Assembly: GCA_016873715.1 (NCBI GenBank)
Contig: VGWF01000007.1
Span: 405 to 64,404 of the forward strand
Direction of reading: 5' to 3'
From: Lentisphaerota bacterium
Lineage (GTDB): Bacteria; Verrucomicrobiota; Kiritimatiellia; PWTM01
Length of the DNA: 64,000 nt
In this document: positions 57,415-64,000 of the stretch, in pieces
Layout of the letters: the number at the start of each line of letters is the position of its first letter
How positions within the stretch are numbered: position 1 is the stretch's first letter
Translations under genes and position numbers: made by a program
Notes under the pieces: generated by a model
Databases searched by the model: none
Seen by the model: the letters and a program-made list of their open reading frames with translations, nothing else
What the model was told of the DNA's origin: nothing

Positions 57415-58799
57415 ACGCGCCCCCCCGCCGGCTCACGCTCGACGACTGGGATGCCCGCTACGGGGACCTGCGCCGCGCGGGACTGCGCGAACCGTCCTAC
57501 GGGGGACCGCTCCGCCGCCATGTCGCCGACGGCGACCACCGGCTGCTGCGCCTCCAGTTCGACAACTCGGCCGCGGCGCTGCGGTTGTGGAACTTCCTGC
57601 TGACGGAGGAGGACCGCCTCCACGCGGCGCGCGCGGAGGGGCGGCGCATCGTCGGCGCGATGAAAGACCTCGGCACCGTCCCGGTGATGGCCTACAGCCT
57701 GCCGGGCGTCGTCGCGTTCTACCCCGACGGCGCGTGGTGGACGCCCTGCGTGATGGAGATGAGCGACGAGCTTCTCGCCGTCGCGGACCGGATGGGGATC
57801 GACGAGACCTTCTGTCCGGTCCGCGCGATGCTCGGCGCCTTCGTCACCCGCCGTCACTTCCCGATCCCCGACCTCCTCGTCTGCAGCGCCGGCGCGGTCT
57901 GCGACGACTTCTCCGCGATCGCCCAGCGCCTGAACGGGCTCGGGCATCCGATCCTCTGGTGGGAGGCTCCGCACCGTTCTGAACCCGAGCCGGACGAGGA
58001 GGCCGTGCCGCTCCCCGGCGGCGGCCGCGCCCCGCGCGCGCAGGTCGCCTTTCTCGAGTCGGAGCTGCGGCGCGTCGGCGAGGCCCTCGGGCGCCTCGCC
58101 GGCACGGACCTGGATGACGCGCGCCTTGCGGACGGCATCCAGCGCGCCAACGGCATCCGCCGCCGCCTCCGCGAGCTGCGCGAGGCCTGTTTCACGGCCC
58201 GCGTCGCCCCCCTTCCGGCGCTGGAGCTGCTGATCGCGGAGATGCTCGCGATCCACTTCTGCTCGGACCTGGAGGAGGCCGGGGCGGTGCTCGACGACCT
58301 GCTCGACGAGGTCCGCCGCCGCGTCGCCGCCGGCACCGGCTTCGGCGGAGCCGACGCGGTCCGCGTCTACTGGGTGAATCCCGTCGCCGACCTCCGGATG
58401 ATGAACCGTCTCGAGGCGGCGGGCGGCCGGCTGTGCGGGACGGAGTTCCTCTTCAGCCACGCGCTGGACGGGATTCCGGAGGACGTGCCATGCTGGGAGG
58501 CGCTGGCGCGCGCGGCGGCGGCGGATCCGATGGCGGGGCCGGCGCGCGACCGGGCGGCGCGGATCGCCCGCGACGCGGCGGCCCTCGGGGCCGAGGCGGT
58601 GATCGTCTCGCGCATCCCCGGCGCCAGCCACTGTGCGACGGAGGGAGGGGTCATGGCCGACGCCGTCCGCGCGGCGGCGGGGATCCCGGCGGTGGAGATC
58701 GAGGTGCCGCCGCTCAGCGATGCGGTGGCGGCGCAGGTGTCGACGCGGATGGAGGCCCTGTTCGAAACGGCGCGCGCGCGCCGGGGGTGCGGGACATGA
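57411..58799 (+). CDS. 2-hydroxyacyl-CoA dehydratase family subunit (copy 3)
   Basis: 462 aa, with ETFCPVRAMLGA, LLVCSAGAVCDDF and SRIPGASHCATEG..GIPAVEIEVP. An ATGA overlap links it to copy 2. Confidence 0.7.
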   Translation: MNAPPRRLTLDDWDARYGDLRRAGLREPSYGGPLRRHVADGDHRLLRLQFDNSAAALRLWNFLLTEEDRLHAARAEGRRIVGAMKDLGTVPVMAYSLPGVVAFYPDGAWWTPCVMEMSDELLAVADRMGIDETFCPVRAMLGAFVTRRHFPIPDLLVCSAGAVCDDFSAIAQRLNGLGHPILWWEAPHRSEPEPDEEAVPLPGGGRAPRAQVAFLESELRRVGEALGRLAGTDLDDARLADGIQRANGIRRRLRELREACFTARVAPLPALELLIAEMLAIHFCSDLEEAGAVLDDLLDEVRRRVAAGTGFGGADAVRVYWVNPVADLRMMNRLEAAGGRLCGTEFLFSHALDGIPEDVPCWEALARAAAADPMAGPARDRAARIARDAAALGAEAVIVSRIPGASHCATEGGVMADAVRAAAGIPAVEIEVPPLSDAVAAQVSTRMEALFETARARRGCGT

Positions 58800-59572
58800 T
58801 CGTGGCGGGAGTCGATGCGGGGTCGCGGGCGATCAAGATCGTGCTGTACGACACGGCCGCGGGGGCGGTTGCCGGGCGGGCCTCGTGCGACCAGGGCGTG
58901 CGGCAGGAGGACATCGCGGCGCGCGCGCTCGACGGCCTCCTCGCCGACCTCGGTCTTGCTCGGGGCGACGTTGCCCGCGTCGTCGCCACCGGTTACGGCC
59001 GCGCCGCGCTGGCCTTCGCCGACTCGGCGGTGACGGAGATCACCTGCCACGCCCGCGGCGTGCGCGCGGTGGCGCCGGAGGCCCGCACCGCGGTCGACAT
59101 CGGCGGGCAGGACAGCAAGGTCATCTGGCTCGACGCCGGCGGCGCGGTGCGCGACTTCGTGATGAACGACCGCTGCGCGGCCGGGACGGGCCGGTTCCTC
59201 GAGGTCGTCGCGTCGCGCCTCGATGCGGGCGTGGCGGATCTCGGCGCGATGGCCGCGGAATCCGCGCAGCCGGTGCCGATCAGCAGCACCTGCGTGGTCT
59301 TCGCGGAGACGGAGATCGTCGGCCTGCTCGCGTCGGCGGCGGATCCGCGCGACATCGCGGCGGGGGTGCAGAAGTCCATCGCGTCGCGCGTCGCCTCGAT
59401 GGTCGGCCGCCGCGCGGTCGAGCCGGTCGTCCTGACCGGCGGCGTCGCCCTCGTCCCCGGCATGGCGGCGGCGCTCGCCGCCGCGCTCGGCTGCCCCGTC
59501 GCCCTCGCCCCCGACCCGCAGTACACCGGCGCCCTCGGCGCGGCGCTGCTGGCGGCGGAGGCGCGGGCCTAG
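58796..59572 (+). CDS. BadF/BadG/BcrA/BcrD-type ATPase, an activase (HgdC/YjiL-like) of the dehydratase family
   Basis: 258 aa starting MIVAGVDAGSRAIKIV, with DIGGQDSKVI, NDRCAAGTGRFLE and TGGVALVPG. An ATGA overlap links it to copy 3. Confidence 0.85.
   Translation: MIVAGVDAGSRAIKIVLYDTAAGAVAGRASCDQGVRQEDIAARALDGLLADLGLARGDVARVVATGYGRAALAFADSAVTEITCHARGVRAVAPEARTAVDIGGQDSKVIWLDAGGAVRDFVMNDRCAAGTGRFLEVVASRLDAGVADLGAMAAESAQPVPISSTCVVFAETEIVGLLASAADPRDIAAGVQKSIASRVASMVGRRAVEPVVLTGGVALVPGMAAALAAALGCPVALAPDPQYTGALGAALLAAEARA
59512..59559 (+). repeat. 48-bp direct repeat, copy 1 (the 3' end of the activase gene)
   Basis: CGACCCGCAGTACACCGGCGCCCTCGGCGCGGCGCTGCTGGCGGCGGA, identical to 61215-61262. 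It encodes DPQYTGALGAALLAAE. Confidence 0.9.
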
Positions 59573-59736
59573 CGAGCCGGAATCCGGGAGTGGGGACACG
59601 ACAGGCGGCAGCGAGCGGAAATGCTCTTGCCTCCCCCTCCCCACGAGCTACTCTCGGCAGGGTGCGTCGCGCGTGGGCGCCGTGACCGCGTCCCGGAGCG
59701 GCGACTGAAGGCAGGGGAGTCAAGGAGACCCAAGCC

Positions 59737-61173
59737 ATGAGAATCGACTGTCATACCCATGCATTCAACCTTCTGACGGCGGCGACGCCGTACGCGGTGC
59801 GGGTCTTCCTGGCGCGGAGAGACGCCGGCTTCCCGGCCCGGCTCAGCAAACTGCTGGCGCGCGCGATTCGAAACCTGGCGGCGAGGCGCCGCACGGTCGA
59901 CCGCGAGGCGATCGTCCGGAGCATCATCGCCGAGATGCTCTCGGATAAGCGCGCTGCTTCTCTGTTCAAGGATCTACCGACCGCCAAGCTGGTGCCGGGC
60001 TCACGCAGGCTCACGAAAACCCTTGTCGGCCGACTCCGCGGAGACGCGCTGGACCGGATTCTCGCGTGGATCGATCGGAAGCCGAAGGCGGGGGATCCCG
60101 ACCAGGACGTGTATGAAGCCAGGCTGGGGGATTACGTCGCCTTCATGTCCATCGCCTTCAAGCCGCGGATCGCCGACGTCTGCTCGGACATGTTCTCCGG
60201 GATGGCCGCCACGGACGGCGCGATCGCCCTGATGATGGACATCACGGAGAACGCCGACTATGAGAATGTCTTCGTCGCCCAGATGGAACAGATGGCGCAG
60301 ATGATCCTGCGCTACCCGGGGCGCTTCTTTCCCTTTGTCGCGGTCGACCCGCGTCGGAAGGCGGGGAACGATCTCCGGTACGAGAAGCTCCTCCATCGGG
60401 CGGTCGGGCAATTGGGCTTCGTCGGGGTCAAGCTGTATCCCTCGCTGGGATATCCGCTGGACTCCCCGGACATGCGCAGGGTGTACGACCACTGCCTCGC
60501 GAAGGAACTCCCGATCACGCTGCACTGCAACAGCGGCGGCTTCACACCGGCCGACGAGGAGTACTGGAAATACGCGGACCCCGCGGAATGGAAGAGGCTC
60601 CTGGGAGCCGATGCCCGGTATCGCGCCCTCCGGATCTGCTTCGGGCACTTCGGGGGTGACGACGTCCTGGCCGATGCCCATCCGTTCACGGGCAAGAGCT
60701 GGACGGCCGCGATCACGGAACTCATGAAGGCACCGGGGAGCCAGGTCTACGCCGACGTTTCGTACCACACCGCCGCCATGGGCGGCGGCAAGGGCTCGGA
60801 CAAGGAAGTGAACTACTTCCGGAATCTGCGCGATCTGCTGACCGACGGGGTCGTGCGGGAGCGACTCCTGTTCGGCACGGACCATTGGATGGTGCGGGTC
60901 CGGTGCGCGCCGGGATCGTACTGGCACTACTTCCGAACCCGCCTGCGCCACTACATGGGCGACGGTGCGGGGTCCGCCGCATGGGACGCGATGACCCAGA
61001 CCAACCCGGCGCGCTTCCTGGGCCTGCCGCTCCATGGACGCTCCGATGCGACCCCGCCGATCCGCGGCTACGCCCGCTACGTCGGCGACCATGCCGCGGA
61101 GGTCGGCGAACGCCCGGCTCCATGGCTCAGGAGACTTGCCGAGACGGAGCTCTTCCGGAGTGTCACGTTCTAA
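59737..61173 (+). CDS. Metal-dependent amidohydrolase-fold (TIM barrel, amidohydrolase_2-like) protein
   Basis: 478 aa starting MRIDCHTHAFN (HxH), with VKLYPSLGY, ITLHCNSGG, FGHFGG and LFGTDHWM. It visibly uses more A/T-ending codons than its neighbours. Confidence 0.75.
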   Translation: MRIDCHTHAFNLLTAATPYAVRVFLARRDAGFPARLSKLLARAIRNLAARRRTVDREAIVRSIIAEMLSDKRAASLFKDLPTAKLVPGSRRLTKTLVGRLRGDALDRILAWIDRKPKAGDPDQDVYEARLGDYVAFMSIAFKPRIADVCSDMFSGMAATDGAIALMMDITENADYENVFVAQMEQMAQMILRYPGRFFPFVAVDPRRKAGNDLRYEKLLHRAVGQLGFVGVKLYPSLGYPLDSPDMRRVYDHCLAKELPITLHCNSGGFTPADEEYWKYADPAEWKRLLGADARYRALRICFGHFGGDDVLADAHPFTGKSWTAAITELMKAPGSQVYADVSYHTAAMGGGKGSDKEVNYFRNLRDLLTDGVVRERLLFGTDHWMVRVRCAPGSYWHYFRTRLRHYMGDGAGSAAWDAMTQTNPARFLGLPLHGRSDATPPIRGYARYVGDHAAEVGERPAPWLRRLAETELFRSVTF

Positions 61174-61214
61174 GGGGGTGCTCCCTCAGCCGGCTGCGCC
61201 CGGACCGCGGTCCA

Positions 61215-61262
61215 CGACCCGCAGTACACCGGCGCCCTCGGCGCGGCGCTGCTGGCGGCGGA
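61215..61262 (+). pseudogene. 48-bp direct repeat, copy 2: a relic copy of the activase C-terminal coding end
   Basis: An exact copy of 59512-59559, lying 42 nt after the amidohydrolase stop. Confidence 0.85.
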
Positions 61263-61271
61263 AGGGGCGAT

Positions 61272-61389
61272 GGGGAGGCGGGAGCAGGGAGCGGGGAGAC
61301 GGGTACCGGGATTCGGTCGCGCGTCCTTCCGGCTTCCCAGCATTTCCACTCCCGACTCCCGTCTCCCTTCTCCCGTCCTCCCCGTCTCC
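61272..61389 (+). repeat. Inverted arrays of heptamer repeats (GGGAGNN x4, then NNCTCCC x5-6) in the dapA leader
   Basis: GGGGAGGCGGGAGCAGGGAGCGGGGAGACGGG lies at 61272-61303. CCCGACTCCCGTCTCCCTTCTCCCGTCCTCCCCGTCTCC lies at 61351-61389. GGGAGACGGG (61294-61303) has perfect complements at 61358-61367 and 61381-61389. Confidence 0.7.
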
Positions 61390-61494
61390 GCGCTTGTCTT
61401 TTCCGCGTTTCCTGCGCATTGTACCGCCCGTTTTCCGAGCCTTGGAAGCCCGGCGGCACGCGGTTTCCAAGGGTTGGAACCGGGAGATACGGAC

Positions 61495-62391
61495 ATGAGC
61501 GGTTCGCGCGCGACACGGGAGTTGCAGGGCACCTTCACGGCCATCGTCACGCCGTTCGACAAGGGCGGCGCGGTGGACACCGGGAAGCTGCGCGACCTCG
61601 TCGAGTGGCAGATCGCGTCCGGCATCACGGGGATCGTCCCGGTGGGCACGACGGGCGAGTCGCCGACGCTGGACTTCCCCGAACACGAGAAGGTCATCGA
61701 GACGACGATCGCGGCGGCCCGCGGGCGGTGCCTGGTCATCGCGGGGACCGGCGCGAACTCGACCGCCGAGGCGCTCGAGCTGACGCGCCACGCGCTCGGC
61801 GCCGGGGCGGACGCGACGCTGCAGGTGACGCCCTACTACAACAAGCCCCCGGCGACCGGGCTGCTCCGGCACTTCTCCGCCGTCGCCGACCTCGGCCTGC
61901 CGGTGGTGCTCTACAACGTCCCCGGCCGCACGTCGCGCGAGATCCCGCTCGACGTGATGGTGAAGCTCGCGGAGCACCCGGGCGTGATCGCGGTCAAGGA
62001 GGCCGGCGGCAGCGTGGAGCGCGTCAGCCGGATCGTCCGCGCGTGCACCCTCTCGGTGCTCTCGGGCGACGACTCGCTGACGCTGCCGATGATGGCGGTC
62101 GGCGCGCGCGGCGTGATCAGCGTCGCGACCAACGTCGCGCCGGAGCCGGTGGTCGCGATGGTGACCCACGCGCTGGCCGGCCGCTTCGCGGAGGCGCGGG
62201 CGCTGCACCTGAAGTACCACGCGCTCTTCACCGACCTGTTCCTCGAGACCAACCCGGTCCCGGTGAAGGCCGCGCTCGCGATGATGGGCCGGATCGAGGA
62301 GGTCTACCGCCTCCCGCTCTGCGAGATGGAACCGAAGACCCGTGCCCTGCTGGCCGCGACGCTCCGCGAGGCCGGCCTGCTGAAGGCCTGA
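61495..62391 (+). CDS. dapA: 4-hydroxy-tetrahydrodipicolinate synthase
   Basis: 298 aa, with GTFTAIVTPF, GIVPVGTTGESPTL, VIAGTGANST, VTPYYNKP, LYNVPGRT and VKEA. Confidence 0.9.
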   Translation: MSGSRATRELQGTFTAIVTPFDKGGAVDTGKLRDLVEWQIASGITGIVPVGTTGESPTLDFPEHEKVIETTIAAARGRCLVIAGTGANSTAEALELTRHALGAGADATLQVTPYYNKPPATGLLRHFSAVADLGLPVVLYNVPGRTSREIPLDVMVKLAEHPGVIAVKEAGGSVERVSRIVRACTLSVLSGDDSLTLPMMAVGARGVISVATNVAPEPVVAMVTHALAGRFAEARALHLKYHALFTDLFLETNPVPVKAALAMMGRIEEVYRLPLCEMEPKTRALLAATLREAGLLKA

Positions 62392-62400
62392 GGCCCCGCG

Positions 62401-64000
62401 ATGCGACGCCTCCTGGAACTGCTGGCGATCTTCGCATTCGCCTTTGCGACCCTGCTCTTCGAAGTCACGACGACGAAGATCTTCGAGTTCAGCCTGTGGG
62501 CGAACTACGCCTACCTGGCCGTCAGCACGGCGATGTTCGGCCTCGGCTTCAGCGGCGTCGTGCTGACCCGCTGGCCGGGGATCTCGCGCGTGCCGCTGGC
62601 GGACTTCCTGCCCGCGATGGCGCTGGCGGGGGCGCTCGCGATGCTCGGCGCCTTCGCGGCGGTGAACGGCGTGCCGATCCATCTCTCCGAGCTGCCGGAG
62701 GGCTGGACCTGGGGCCGCGAGCTGGTCAACGTCACGGTCGTCTTCCTGGCCCTCGCGTCGCCGTTCCTGTGCTTCGGCCTCGCGATCAGCCGCATTTTCG
62801 ACGAGCGCGCCGGGCTGGCGAACGTCTACTACTTCGCCGACCTGATCGGGGCCGGCCTCGGGGCGCTGGCGGTGGTGCTCTGGATCCCGACGCTCGAGCC
62901 CGAGGGCCTGGCGGCGGCGGCGGCGATCTCGGCCGGCGCCGGCGCGCTCTTCCTCGCGGGCGGGGCGGACCGGCCGTCCGCGGGCCGCCTGGCGGCGGCG
63001 GGCGCCGTGCTCGCCCTCGCCGTGGCGGGCGGCGTGCTCGGCGCGCCGCGCATGCGGGACGCCGTCGAACTGCGGGTCAACGTCGGCCGCGCCGACTACA
63101 TGAACGACTGGAAGGCGCGGCGCTTCATCGCCAGCGGGTGGAGTTCGCTTTCCCGCGTCGACATCGTGCCGATGACCGCCGAGCGGTTGCGCGTGCACAT
63201 CGCCGGCGGGGCGAACGTGTCGTCCATCCGCCGCTTCAACGGCGACTACGACGCGCTCCGCGCGCGCCGGCCGAAGGTCCTGGCCGACAGCGCCAAGTAC
63301 GTCCAGCACCTCGCCCTGCCCCACCTGTCGAAGACGAACCACACCGTCTGCATGATCGGCACCTCCGGCGGCGAGGACTCGCTGACGGCGCTCAGCCTCG
63401 GCGCGCGGCACGTGACGGGCATCGAGATGGACCCGACGATCGCGCGGTTCGTCACGGAGACGTTCAGCAAGTTCGCCGGCGGGCTCTTCAACGACCCGCG
63501 CCACGCGACGATGATCGTCGACGAGGGCCGCAGTTTCCTCCGCCGCTCGCCGGACCGGTTCGACGTGATCCAGCAGGTCAACAACTTCACGCCGATCGCC
63601 TTCCAGAACGGCGCGCTGAACCTGAGCGAGACCTACCTGCTGACGGTCGAGTCGTTCCGGGAATTCCACGACCACCTGACCGACGACGGGATCCTGGCGA
63701 TCACCCGCTACGGGGCGATCCGGCTGCTCTCGAACGCCGTCGAGATGTTCCGCCGCATGGGGCTCAAGCCGGAGGACTACTCCAAGCACCTCTTCGTCGG
63801 CGAGGGCGGCCGGTCCGTCGAGTACACCTTCATGATGAAGCGCAGCCCCTTCACGCCCGGCGAGGTCGACGCCCTTTTCGACTTCTACAAGGCCTCCGGC
63901 GCGCGCAAGGTGCTCTTCGCCCCCTACCGGACGAACGACCTCCCGGCGCGCGCGGAGAACCTGTACTTCCAGATCGCGACCGCGGAGGATCCCGCCCCGC
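62401..64000 (+). CDS. Membrane-anchored spermidine-synthase-like (polyamine aminopropyltransferase family) protein. The 3' end runs off the window.
   Basis: Absent from the ORF track because it has no stop in the window. My translation begins MRRLLELLAIFAFAFATLLFEVTTTKIFEFSLWANYAYLAVSTAMFGLGFSG and shows about 6 TM helices. The SAM-binding core follows: VCMIGTSGGEDSLTALSLGARHVTGIEMDP, DRFDVIQQ and DGILAI. Confidence 0.7.
   Translation, partial: MRRLLELLAIFAFAFATLLFEVTTTKIFEFSLWANYAYLAVSTAMFGLGFSGVVLTRWPGISRVPLADFLPAMALAGALAMLGAFAAVNGVPIHLSELPEGWTWGRELVNVTVVFLALASPFLCFGLAISRIFDERAGLANVYYFADLIGAGLGALAVVLWIPTLEPEGLAAAAAISAGAGALFLAGGADRPSAGRLAAAGAVLALAVAGGVLGAPRMRDAVELRVNVGRADYMNDWKARRFIASGWSSLSRVDIVPMTAERLRVHIAGGANVSSIRRFNGDYDALRARRPKVLADSAKYVQHLALPHLSKTNHTVCMIGTSGGEDSLTALSLGARHVTGIEMDPTIARFVTETFSKFAGGLFNDPRHATMIVDEGRSFLRRSPDRFDVIQQVNNFTPIAFQNGALNLSETYLLTVESFREFHDHLTDDGILAITRYGAIRLLSNAVEMFRRMGLKPEDYSKHLFVGEGGRSVEYTFMMKRSPFTPGEVDALFDFYKASGARKVLFAPYRTNDLPARAENLYFQIATAEDPAP

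Noticed and set aside
55156-59572. Calling the operon a benzoyl-CoA reductase (BcrABCD) or a classical 2-hydroxyglutaryl-CoA dehydratase.
   Set aside because: Only one ATPase-type subunit is present, whereas Bcr needs two. Three rather than two D-type subunits are present. No CoA-transferase or CoA-ligase is nearby. The family assignment is kept but the specific enzyme names are not.
61263-61494. A lysine riboswitch in front of dapA.
   Set aside because: No L-box conserved elements are recognisable. The region is dominated by heptamer repeats instead.

Overview
High-GC bacterial chromosomal segment (about 70% GC by eye, not computed). Gene content suggests a polysaccharide-degrading heterotroph of the PVC type (Planctomycetota / Verrucomicrobiota / Kiritimatiellota-like); taxonomy cannot be fixed from this window. 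I support about 50 protein genes, 2 tRNAs (Lys-CUU, Ala-GGC), RNase P RNA and an FMN riboswitch. No transposase, integrase, CRISPR array or rRNA was seen. Genes are tightly packed, with many 4-nt ATGA/GTGA start/stop overlaps.

Many long ORFs in the supplied track are Arg/Ala/Gly/Pro-rich shadow ORFs. Real starts were re-derived by counting residues inside track ORFs. Two edge genes (1..3048 minus, 62401..64000 plus) are missing from the track because they have no stop in the window. Non-coding coordinates are good to about +/-2 nt. All family assignments rest on motif recognition and recall, not on searches.

Layout:
- Secreted GDPD/LamG enzyme and rhaM.
- FMN-riboswitch riboflavin operon with nusB and ftsY embedded.
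- PEP-CTERM lectin.
- COG1579 zinc-ribbon gene, rnpB and a gspC-like gene.
- rnr and glgA.
- Zinc-ribbon/EIIA fusion.
- exbB-exbD-tonB.
- PL11-like lyase plus TauE.
- A long minus-strand MoxR/DUF58/VWA Bat-like operon (23.5-38.3 kb).
- AKR, esterase and tadA.
- Glycosylation cluster.
- Methyltransferase + 3x dehydratase-family + activase operon.
- Amidohydrolase insertion, dapA, and a membrane spermidine-synthase-like gene.

Best candidates for undescribed biology:
1. The Bat-like envelope operon, which ends in an FHA-MoxR fusion.
2. The orphan ATP-driven electron-transfer operon at 54.2-59.6 kb, with an AT-rich repeat-bearing spacer inside it.
3. A 334-bp tandem repeat that starts directly at the 3' end of tRNA-Ala.
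4. A 1.7-kb lower-GC insertion bracketed by 48-bp direct repeats.
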